From positions 682,001-746,000 of the forward strand of contig OZ251227.1 in assembly GCA_965240325.2 (NCBI GenBank): a DNA stretch of 64,000 nt, read 5' to 3'. A program made the translations under genes and the position numbers. Under the pieces are notes generated by a model. The model did no database searches, was not told the DNA's origin, and saw nothing but the letters and a program-made list of their open reading frames with translations. The first letter of the stretch is position 1. Each line of letters begins with the position of its first letter. Shown here piece by piece: positions 47,715 to 57,688 of the stretch. Source of the stretch: Rebecca billardiae RCC1528. Lineage: Eukaryota; Protista; Haptophyta.

Positions 47715-48768
47715 GAGGCCGCTCGAGCGACTTCGTGTCTGGCGAGGCAGATCGCGCCAGTGCGTGGCGAGGCAGACGCTCGCCTGCCTCGCCGCTTGGC
47801 GAGGCAGCTAAGCTAGTAAAGCCGCGGCCGAACTTTACGAAAGCCAAATGTCTGCCGGTGCGCCGCCCGTCTTTTGCGCACGGTGACAAGGGCGCGCGAG
47901 GGCGCTTCCTCACGATCCCGAAGAGCGCTGCGCGCGGCGTCGCGTTGGCGGCGGCAGCGGCGCTGGGGTGTATCTTGCCCATTCTGCGTGGCGGCGCGCT
48001 TTCATGACGCCTCGGCCGCCGCCACGCCATGCGCGACCGGGCGTGTCGCCTTCTTGACGGGCAGTGCACACGCCCTTGCAAGCGCACAGCCGTGAAGAGC
48101 CGAGAGCGTCCGTCGCGAGCACGCCGCCCACGCGGGATGCGTTGCCAGGGCTATTCGTATGACACTGGGTGCTCGCGCTCTGGCATGTGCGAGCCAGGAT
48201 GACCATGGGTAGCAGCTATGATGAGCACTGCTAACCTGCATTTCAGCCGATGACATCCTCTCGTTCAGCGATCTTGACTGCTCTGAACGCATGGCGAACT
48301 CGGCGAAGCGCATGCGCAAGGTGGCTTCGGTGACAGCATAACGCATCCCGCGTGGGCGGCGTGCTCGCGACGGACGCTCTCGGCTCTTCACGGCTGTGCG
48401 CTTGCAAGGGCGTGTGCACTGCCCGTCAAGAAGGCGACACGCCCGGTCGCGCATGGCGTGGCGGCGGCCGAGGCGTCATGAAAGCGCGCCGCCACGCAGA
48501 ATGGGCAAGATACACCCCAGCGCCGCTGCCGCCGCCAACGCGACGCCGCGCGCAGCGCTCTTCGGGATCGTGAGGAAGCGCCCTCGCGCGCCCTTGTCAC
48601 CGTGCGCAAAAGACGGGCGGCGCACCGGCAGACATTTGGCTTTCGTAAAGTTCGGCCGCGGCTTTACTAGCTTAGCTGCCTCGCCAAGCGGCGAGGCAGG
48701 CGAGCGTCTGCCTCGCCACGCACTGGCGCGATCTGCCTCGCCAGACACGAAGTCGCTCGAGCGGCCTC
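47715..48768. mobile_element. Foldback-type non-autonomous DNA transposon: ~430-bp inverted arms, 196-bp spacer, TSD AAACT
   Basis: 47714-48143 is the reverse complement of 48340-48769, giving identical translated ORFs on opposite strands; aaact at 47710-47714 and 48769-48773. Confidence 0.88.
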
Positions 48769-49298
48769 AAACTGTGACACGTGCTCGGCACCGGCCTGAT
48801 CCCGGCCCGTCCGGGATCATTCTCCGTCAGTAGGGATCCGATCAGAGGACGCAGATCTGACCGGCGCAGCTGTCAAAGGTGTGATGGAGGGTAGCTGGGA
48901 GCTCAGATCAGATCAGCTGCGAGCGCAGCGAGCAGCATAAAGGTGTGTGGCGACGACGATATATATCTGTTGCACTCTGAGCCTGACGCTTGTCCGATGC
49001 TGCCACGTCGTTAAATATATATATACAATTTGTCGCGATTCATGCACGGGCTCGGCACCGAGGGCGAGGTTCACGGCGCGGACGCGGGTTACGTCCGCCC
49101 GCTACGTCGGACCCGTCGGTCGTCACTGGTCAGGCTGAGCTATATAGATCTGCTGACACGTTGCTGATTCTCACTGTCTCACTCATGCCAGTCAGTCTAG
49201 CTTGACTGCCAGTCAGCCAGTGGGCAGAGTGGCACCGGTGCCGAGCAGTGTCAATGTGATCCAGTGATGACTACTGTTACGGACTAACGGAGTACGGT

Positions 49299-50554
49299 CT
49301 ACTTCTTCTTCGCAGCTAGCTTCTCCTGGTACTTCGCGACCAGTTCCTCCTGCTTATCCCTCGACGTGGCCATATGCCTGTAGTACTCCATGGAGAACTC
49401 GCCCTTGCCCTGCGTGACACTGCGCAGGTCGGTGCTGTACCCAAACATGTCATCGAGGGGCACGTGTGCCTCGACGACCACGTTCCCGCCCTCGTGCGTC
49501 TCCACGTTGGCCACGTTGCCCTTGCGCTGGTTGAGCTGACCGACGATCGTGCCCTGCGCGCGCGCCCCGCGCGCGTCGCGCGCCGCGGAAGTCGAGCCGG
49601 CGTCAGGCGTGCAGGGGGATGCGGGCGGGAGTGGCCGCGCTCGCGCCGCCTCCCAGCCGTGCGGGCGCGCAGTGCGTGCGCCCCGCGCGCGCATGCGCAC
49701 ACCTGGTACTCCGCCGGCGCCTGCACCTCGACGGTCATAACCGGCTCAAGCAGGGTCGGCTTGCCGCTGTTGAACGCCGCCCTAAACGCCCCCTGCGCCG
49801 CCGAGCGGAACGCCATCTCGTTCGAGTCGACCGAGTGCGCGGCGCCGTCCTGCAGCACGACGCGCACGCCTGTCACCGGGTGGCCGGTGAGCGCGCCCTT
49901 CGTCAGCGCCTCCCTGAATCCCTTCTCGATCGCCGGCACGAACTCGGGCGGGATGTTGTTGCCCATCAGCTGGCTTTCGAACTCGTACGCCGACTTGGCG
50001 TCCTCCTCGAGCGGCTCGAGGTACCCCATCACGCGGCCGTACTGCCCCGAGCCGCCCGACTGCTTCTTGTGCGTGTAGTCGTACTCGGTGCGGCTGCGGA
50101 TCGTCTCTCTGAACGCGACGGCTGGCTGGCCCACCTCGCAGTCTACGCCGTACTCGCGCTTCATGCGCTCGACGTAGATCTGCAGGTGGAGCTCGCCCAT
50201 GCCCGAGATCACCGTCTCGCTCGTCTCCTCGTCCGTCGCCACGCGGAACGTCGGGTCCTCCTTGACGAAGCGCGCGGGCGCCTTTGAGAAGTTGGCGCTC
50301 GCCTCGCGGCTCTTCGTCTTGAGCGCAAACGAGATCACCGGGTCCGGCACGTACATCGACGTGAGCGAGAGGCGGACGGAGCCGTCGGTGAAGGTGGTGC
50401 CCGAGCGGCAGTCCACGCCGAACATCGCGACGATGTCGCCCGCGCGCCCCTCCTCCACCTCCTCCATCTCGTTGGCGTGCATCTGCACGAGGCGCGGCAC
50501 CTTGATCTTCTTGCCCTCGGCGACGTTGAGGATAGTGTCGCCGCGCCGGAGCCG

Positions 50555-50590
<36 letters not shown>

Positions 50591-51717
50591 CTTGCCCTCC
50601 TCGAGCTTGAAGGCGAGGCCGCACAGCGGCTTGTCGTCCTTGCACAGCAGCTCCACCTCCTTCTCCTCGTCCGCCGCGTCGAGCGCCACGTTGCGCACCT
50701 CGGTGGGGTTGGGCAGGTAGGAGACGACGCCGTCGAGCAGGCTGTGCACGCCCTTGTTCTTGTACGCCGACCCCATCATCACCGGCACGAACTTGAGGCC
50801 GATGGTGGCGCGGCGCACGGCGGCGCGGAGCGCGGGCGCGTCGATATCCTCGCCGAGCAGGTACAGCTCGGCCAGCTCGTCGTCCACGTCCGCCACGCGC
50901 TCGACCAGCTCCGCGCGCCGCGCCTCGCACTCGTCCGCCATGGCCGCCGGCACCGGCTCGCGCCGCACCGACTCGCCGTGGTCGCCGTCAAAGATGATCG
51001 CCTCGCGCTCGATGATGTCGACGACGCCGGTGTGCTCCGACTCGAGCCCGATGGGCAGCTGCAGCGCCGCCGCGTTGTACCGCAGCTTCTCGCGCAGCTG
51101 CCCGATCACGCCGAACGGGTTGGCGCCTTGCCGGTCGCACTTGTTGATGAACGCGATGCGCGGCACGTCGTACCGCGCCATCTGGCGCGAGACGGTGATC
51201 GACTGCGACTGCACGCCGGAGACGGAGCAGAGGACGAGGACGGCGCCATCGAGCACGCGCAGCGCGCGCTCCACCTCGATGGTGAAGTCCACGTGGCCGG
51301 GCGTGTCGATGATGTTGATCGCGTGGTCGTCCCATGAGCAGTGCGTCGCCGCCGACTGGATCGTGATCCCCTTCTCGCGCTCGAGCTCCATAAAGTCCAT
51401 CTTGGCGCCCACGCCGTCCTTCCCACGGACCTCGTGGATCGCACCGATCCGGCCCGTGTAGTACAGGATGCGCTCGGTCAGCGTCGTCTTGCCCGAGTCG
51501 ATGTGCGCCGAGATGCCTGCGCGCCGGAGGCGACCGCGCGCCGCGCCGCCACGTGCGCGCGTGAGACAGAGGAGCATGGCGCGGCGCGCGGCGAGACGCC
51601 CGCCAACGCACCGATGTTGCGCATGCGCGCCACATCGTACGCGCCGCCCGCCGAAAGGCGCCGTGCGAGCGCGGGCGCACTGAGCCCGCGTATCAGCGAG
51701 CGCACGCCGGCCACCAT
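49299..51717 (-). CDS. GFM1: Mitochondrial elongation factor G1, 3 exons
   Basis: Presequence [13 protein letters not shown]; [77 protein letters not shown]; introns 51517-51611 and 49554-49702. Confidence 0.96.
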
Positions 51718-52432
51718 GCTGCGCGTGATCACGTGGATGGATGCTCACGACCGCGGTTCGTGACTGGAAGTCGCGGCACCCCTCCAGAAGCTTCCGGACG
51801 GAGATGACCAACGTCCAGCCCGAGCGGGCACACAAAGGAGTTCTTATGAGCGTGGAACTTGACCCCGCATTTCCCGGCGAAGTGCCCCATCTCGGCGGGG
51901 CTGGCACGCTCGGCACACGCTCCTGAGCGCTCGCTTCGCGGTGTGGCAGGCCTTGGGTAGACCAGGCAGACATGTCGTGACCGCATTACCGGGCCATGCG
52001 CGGAGCACATCCGCGCTACGTGGCCTGCGCGCTGGACGGCTGAGAGTCAATGCCGACCCACCGCATTCCACTGCCCCGCATGCCCCCCGAGTCGCCTTCA
52101 GAGGGCGTCGACAAGCGCAGAGCGGGCGCGCAGGAGTTCGACCAACTCGTGTACCTTCTTGCAAGCACCAGCGGCGATGTCGCAACCCGAACCTTGACCA
52201 GCCGTGGAACTTGAGCGGCAGCAAAACACAGCATGGCCCAGGATCAAGTTACTGTAGCAGCGTGCGAGGAGGAGGCGCGGTGCGCGTCCGCAGCTGGCGA
52301 GAGGCGTCCGGAACGTGCCGTTCTCGGCCACGCCCGAGCGCTTCCCGCCGCCGCGGGCCCCGTGTACGCCCGTCGTCGCCCTCGCCGCGTGGGCGCCAAA
52401 CCGGGCTCAAGTTCCAACGAGTGCTCCATACA

Positions 52433-52718
52433 GTACTCATTCTATGATTTAACGACACAGGTCTCAGGACGGCGCCGCAGGTCTCCTGATCCGTCGTCGG
52501 AGTGCCCGATCGTCGACAAGAAGTCGGCGCTGGTGGCAGAGCATAGCCTGTAAACCGCGATCGAATGGCTTGAGCGCGGCCTTGAGCTGCTGGAGCGCGA
52601 TCCACCTGCGCTGCGCGGCTCGCATGCCACTGCGGCGTCAATCTCGCCTCTCGGCATCTCGCCTGCCTGAGCTGTGTGCGTCTCTTAACTTATTTCTTCT
52701 ATTATAATAAGTAAACTG
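52433..52718 (+). mobile_element. Longest copy of repeat family A: degenerate ORF C-terminus plus terminal segment
   Basis: ECPIVDKKSALVAEHSL*TAIEWLERGLELLERDPPALRGSHATAASISP runs directly into the conserved terminal segment ending agtaaactg. Confidence 0.6.
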
Positions 52719-52852
52719 TAGTTAGTTACACGGACACTGCAACCCTCAGCTGGGAGAACTACTCCCACCGCCACTGGCCATAACAGCTATCCGCAAATCA
52801 GTAATCAGTCACTCTAAGTCATCATCAGTCGTCACGCGTAACGGTATCTGTA

Positions 52853-54703
52853 CTAAACGTACCTGCCCAGATACTCGTGTCCGGCGAGCGGCAGCCGGAT
52901 GGGCTCGCCCGTCCGGATGGACTCCGCGATTTTCGCGTCGAGCTCAACAACGAGCCGTGCCAAGCTGTCCGCATCATCCTCGTCCTCGGCATCAGGCTCA
53001 GGCCTCGTCTCCAAGAGGCCCATCGCGAGCGGCTTGCCCCAGGTGACCTCCGTGCGGGTCTGCTGCTTGCTAAGAGGGAGCCCGTACACACTGACGTGCG
53101 CTCCAACATCCACGGCGCACACCAGGTCGATCGAGTGCTGCTCCGCACCTCCGCTCGCGAGGACGCGCCGGCGCGTCGCGAACTGGTTCTCGAGACTTTG
53201 CCGGAACGCGTCGCTCTCGTCGCTCTCGCGATCACGCGACGACGGCCGTGTGCCGTAGCGCTCCCACGCGTTGACGACCGCGTCGGCGCCGTCGCGGTCC
53301 TCGCAGAAGACCTGCCACTCGGGCTGCGCCGCCGTCAGCCGCATGTACAGCACGGCGCGGCTCAGGGCGATGCGCGAGCGCACGATCTTGGCCAGGAGCG
53401 CGCACACGTTCTGGTAGTTCTGCAGCCACTTCGCCAAAGGCTTGTGGACGACATCCCGCTTCGCCGGAGTGACGCCGCCCTGCTCGCGCATCGATCTGCA
53501 GATCGGCTTGTGCGCCTTCCAGTGCGCCCGCTGACACTCCTGGCTGCAGTATCGAGCGTAATTGCACCCCGCGCAGACACGCAGGCCCGCGCCCCCGCAG
53601 TGCACGCACGCCACCGGTTGCGAGGCAGCGCGGGCGGCCGCCGGCGCGCCCCCCGCCGGCGTCGGCCCCGTCTCGCCGAGTGCCGCGAGGACGTGCCGCA
53701 CGCCCGTCAGCTTGGACGCGCTGTCCACAGACAGCCGCTCGCGCACGTGTGCGCTCTCGAGGTGTGCGAGCACGGCGGCGCGAGAGCTGCCCACGAAGGC
53801 GTACTTGCCCAAGGAGCGCGTATCACGCAGAAGGAGGTCGAGCAGCACGTCGTCGATCAGGGCGTCCGCCTCGCGCCACGCCTCCGCGCGCCACGCCGCT
53901 GAGTACCCGCGGCTGGCCTCGTGCAGAGACGCGTCCGTGCGCGGCGTGGCCACGTACTCGGCGATCGCTGCGAACGCTCCCCCGCGCATCACGCCGGTCA
54001 AGTCCTGCCTCATGAGGAGCCCAGCGAGCAGGCACAACGCACGATGATGCGAGGTGCCGCAGGGGTCCGGCAAGCCTTGTGGCGCGCCTGGCCCGGGAAG
54101 AGCGAGCAATGGCGCGCGCAGCGCCCACGTGGCGGCACGTGCCAGCTGGGTGTGGAACTCCGCCGGCACAGACTCGGGCTCCGTGGAGAGCGCGGCAAGG
54201 GTTGCGTGCAGCAGCGCGTACCAGCCGGCTGGGTAGTTCTCCATCAGCGCGTCCTTCGTCAGCGCGTCGCACAGCGGGTCCATCACGCTTGCATCGAAGA
54301 AGAGTTGCCGGCCGCTGGCCGACGCCGCAAGGCTGGTGAGCACACCGTGTGGCAGGGGACTGGCAGCGTACCTGTTCCCCGGGTCGCCGCATGGCAGTGC
54401 CTGGGCGTCCATGATGGCAAGCCGAATGGCACGCCGAAGGGCCTCACGCCGTGCGTGTGCGATGGTCGCGTCATCCACATCTAGCGCACTTGCCAGCGTC
54501 CCGATCGCAAACAGCTTGCTGGTCGGCACGCGCTTTGCGTTGGGAAGCACCGCGTACGAGCCGTCCGCCGGGTTGTTCACGCCCACCAATAGCACGTCCG
54601 CACGGCCGTCGGCACCCGCCCCATCGGCAAAGGCGTACCGGCCATTCAGCTCGCGCCCGGCAGCACTCGTCAGGTCCAGCACGACCACAGGTCGCGACGC
54701 CAT
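52853..54703 (-). CDS. MYND zinc-finger protein with N-terminal SH3-like LNG domain
   Basis: CVHCGGAGLRVCAGCNYARYCSQECQRAHWKAHKPIC; N-terminal VVLDLTSAAGRELNGRY...GRADV...VPTSKL. Confidence 0.85.
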   Translation of the reverse strand: MASRPVVVLDLTSAAGRELNGRYAFADGAGADGRADVLLVGVNNPADGSYAVLPNAKRVPTSKLFAIGTLASALDVDDATIAHARREALRRAIRLAIMDAQALPCGDPGNRYAASPLPHGVLTSLAASASGRQLFFDASVMDPLCDALTKDALMENYPAGWYALLHATLAALSTEPESVPAEFHTQLARAATWALRAPLLALPGPGAPQGLPDPCGTSHHRALCLLAGLLMRQDLTGVMRGGAFAAIAEYVATPRTDASLHEASRGYSAAWRAEAWREADALIDDVLLDLLLRDTRSLGKYAFVGSSRAAVLAHLESAHVRERLSVDSASKLTGVRHVLAALGETGPTPAGGAPAAARAASQPVACVHCGGAGLRVCAGCNYARYCSQECQRAHWKAHKPICRSMREQGGVTPAKRDVVHKPLAKWLQNYQNVCALLAKIVRSRIALSRAVLYMRLTAAQPEWQVFCEDRDGADAVVNAWERYGTRPSSRDRESDESDAFRQSLENQFATRRRVLASGGAEQHSIDLVCAVDVGAHVSVYGLPLSKQQTRTEVTWGKPLAMGLLETRPEPDAEDEDDADSLARLVVELDAKIAESIRTGEPIRLPLAGHEYLGRYV

Positions 54704-54959
54704 GCCGAATGGATAGATGAGGACGTGACGAGTCCGGAGCGATCCGGACGACTGAGTCTCAGTGCGTTGAGTTATGATAGGTCTACGCGGGTCGGCACCT
54801 CGGCGGATGGCTCGTCAGTACTCAGCAGTCAGCTCATGCGCGACTCACTATTAGCTACTGTACTAACTACTAGTAGGACGCCGCGGCACGTGACACTCGC
54901 AGCTCAGCGGCTCCATCCATCGCCGTCGTCGCAGCGCGGCAGCGGCAGCTGCGGGCTGA

Positions 54960-56786
54960 TTAGCCACGCCAGGCGACGACAATATCGTTGGCAAAGCGCT
55001 GACGATAGCTGCGGTCGCGCTCCTCCTCTTGACGCCGCTGCAGCCGTTGCGCACCGCGCTGCGCCCTCGCCACTTTGCCCGCGAGGCGCTCGCGCGCGCT
55101 TGGAGCTGATTTCACGCGCTCGAGCTTGCCCGCGCTCGACGCCGGTGTGGGCGCAGCGTGCGCACGCCGGTCGGTGACCGCCGCGGCGCCTGGCTGCGCG
55201 TGCAGCGATGCACGCGCGTCCCCAGCGAGCAGCCCGCCCGCGGCGCTGGCGGAGACAGCCGCGCCGCACGCGGCATCGCGGCCAGTGTGCGCGCCGCAGG
55301 CATACTCACCGCCTGGTAAAGGCGGCGCCGGCAGGAGCGGCACGTCCATGCGGCCGTGGAACGGGCAATAGCCCTCCGCGTTGCGCACGGCGCACGCGCC
55401 GCCGTCCCGGCGCGGCAGGCCACACAGCCGCAGCCCGTCGCCCGCCGCATCTCTGTCGGTAAGGGCCACGCCGTGCGCGCGCGCGACGGGGATGGCGTCG
55501 TCCAGCTCGTCGGCTGCGTGGGCATGCACGAGCATGGGCGCCTCAAACTCGTCGTCCGCCTCGCTCGCTCCGCCGTCATCCGCGCTCACCGCCGAGCCGT
55601 CGCGCGCCGAAGGCGCGTCGGGCGCGGGCTCGCCGACTTGCAGCTGTGCGCACCGATCCATTGCGGCGCGCATGCCGTCGCACAGCTCGCCCGCGCGCGC
55701 GAGCAGCGCGGCTCGGCTCGAGCGCATCGCCTCATCGCCGTCGAGCTCGACGCGCGAGAGCGTGGCCAGCCAGCGCTGCACCGTCGGCATGAAGCGTCCG
55801 CGCAGCTCCTTGAGGTAGCCCTCGAGGCTCTCCGCCACCGCGGAGTTCTCGCGGCGCGCGTGCGCGACCGGCGCGCGCAGCGCGCCCAGCTCGACGGAGA
55901 TGGTGTGCGCGGCGTTGGTGATGCCCACGGCGCGGAGCACGCCGCTCGCGCGCCGGGCGGCGGCGGTGGCGCCGTCGTCGTCGCTCTCCTCGTACTCCTC
56001 GTCGGCGCTGCCCGCCTCGTCGAACGCGTCCTCCTCGGCGCTGCTCGCGGAAGCATCGCACGCGTCGGCGCCCGCTGCGGGTGCGGCCGCGCGCGCGCCA
56101 GCGGCGTTGTCGGCGGTGCCGCCGGCACCGTCGGGGCCTCCGAGCAGCGGCACGAGAATACTGAAGCACTCGCCCATCGCCGTGAGGAGATGCCGGATCT
56201 GCGGCTCGACCTCGTCCACCTCCGCCGGGAGCGCGGCAAAGCGCGCGCGCAGCAGCCGCGCCGTGCCCTCTCGGCGCGCAGCCTCGCGCACCGCGGGCTC
56301 GTCGTCCGCGCCGGCCGTGGCCGGCTCGGGGCCACGCAGGGCATTGAGATACCGCTCGCCAAGCGCCACCTGCCGAAGCCGGCTGCCGTGCGACTCGGCC
56401 CAGCTGGAAACCAGCTCGCGCGTGCGCGTGCTGAGCGCCTCCGCCCACTTTGGCGGCTTGGGCGGCCGCTTGAACGTCACGGTCGCCTCGAGGAAGGCGG
56501 GGAAGGCGTCGGCGAGGCGCGCGCGGAAGTGAGCAGAGCGTGCCCACAGCGCCGCGCACAGCTCGACCGCGAGCAGCCGAGCCTGCGCGTGCGCCCCGTG
56601 CAGCTCGTCCCACGCGCACTGATACACCTCGTCCACGTGCGACTCTGACACACGCGCGTGCGCCTTGACTTTGGCGAGCAGCGCGGGGTCGAGCGCATCG
56701 GCGGGATTGGCAGGCACGGTCCGCACCAGCTGGTGCACCACCCGCGCGATCCCCGTGCGGTGCTTCGCCGCGGCCTTTGGCGGCAT
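54960..56786 (-). CDS. UVSSA: UV-stimulated scaffold protein A (transcription-coupled NER)
   Basis: N-terminal LDPALLAKVK...HAQARLLAVELCAALWARSAHFR...FLEATV...PPKPP; C-terminal zinc finger CGLPRRDGGAC...CPFHGR; RERLAGKV...RFAN tail. Confidence 0.85.
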   Translation of the reverse strand: MPPKAAAKHRTGIARVVHQLVRTVPANPADALDPALLAKVKAHARVSESHVDEVYQCAWDELHGAHAQARLLAVELCAALWARSAHFRARLADAFPAFLEATVTFKRPPKPPKWAEALSTRTRELVSSWAESHGSRLRQVALGERYLNALRGPEPATAGADDEPAVREAARREGTARLLRARFAALPAEVDEVEPQIRHLLTAMGECFSILVPLLGGPDGAGGTADNAAGARAAAPAAGADACDASASSAEEDAFDEAGSADEEYEESDDDGATAAARRASGVLRAVGITNAAHTISVELGALRAPVAHARRENSAVAESLEGYLKELRGRFMPTVQRWLATLSRVELDGDEAMRSSRAALLARAGELCDGMRAAMDRCAQLQVGEPAPDAPSARDGSAVSADDGGASEADDEFEAPMLVHAHAADELDDAIPVARAHGVALTDRDAAGDGLRLCGLPRRDGGACAVRNAEGYCPFHGRMDVPLLPAPPLPGGEYACGAHTGRDAACGAAVSASAAGGLLAGDARASLHAQPGAAAVTDRRAHAAPTPASSAGKLERVKSAPSARERLAGKVARAQRGAQRLQRRQEEERDRSYRQRFANDIVVAWRG

Positions 56787-57336
56787 GCCGCGGCGGCCGT
56801 GCAGCGCACAGCCGCCCGCCAAACCGGTCGTCACCAGGCCGTGTCGTGCGTCCGGATGCACACGACCCGTCCGGAGCGAGCCCGGCGCAACGCATTGTGA
56901 TTGAACCTCGTACGGCTCCGGTCGAAACCAGTGTCCAGTGAACCACGATGTGTGAGCATCAAGCTGGGTGTCATCACAAGTGCCACATGTTGGTCGGCGT
57001 TGCCACCGTGGAGTCGCAAGGCGGCAACGACCGCGACGGCTTCACGCGCTCCATCCGTGGAGCCCAAAACATGCGGTGGTGGTCGAAAATCACAACAAGC
57101 TCGCTCTGGCGGATGGTGGCGACACTGCTACCGACCCCTAGGTGCAGTCGTACCATTCGGCAACATGAGAAAATGTCGTCTGCTGAGTCGTCCCTGGGGC
57201 CATCCTATGCCATAGGATTGAATTGACTATGGGATAGGATCGCAGTGGGATATCCGATTTTTCTAGTAGAAGTCGAAACTTGTAACTAACGAGGCCAGCC
57301 GATTTCCGGACAAACTCCTTGCGGACCAGTAGGTCC

Positions 57337-57565
57337 ATGCGAGCCGCGCAGGCAGCAGGTGGATCGCGCTACTTGAGTCCTGCGAGCAGCTCCGAAGCCC
57401 CAAGGCCGCCGCCTCGCCCTCAAGACTTAAGCTTTACGATCGCGGTGCAGGCTATGCTCTGCCACCAGCGCCGACTTCGTGTCGACGATCGGGCACTGCC
57501 GCCGACGAATCAGGAGACCCGCGTCGTCCTACCTGTGTCGTTAAATCATAGAATATTGTTGAGTA
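57337..57565 (-). repeat. Dispersed repeat family A, internal segment (degenerate copy)
   Basis: Aligns to 37175-37408 and to the reverse complement of 52433-52626. Confidence 0.8.
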
Positions 57566-57688
57566 TGCGCCGCCATCGTGATTCGCGCTCGCGGGTTTGG
57601 TACACGGGCCCTCCGGGCCCGCATTATTCCGAAAAAAGGCTGAAATAAAAAGGCGGGAACCGGCAGCCTGGTTCCCGCTCGCGTGCAG

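Noticed and set aside
47641-48833. Pairs of identical ORFs on opposite strands
   Set aside because: Consequence of the inverted arms; no coding signature.
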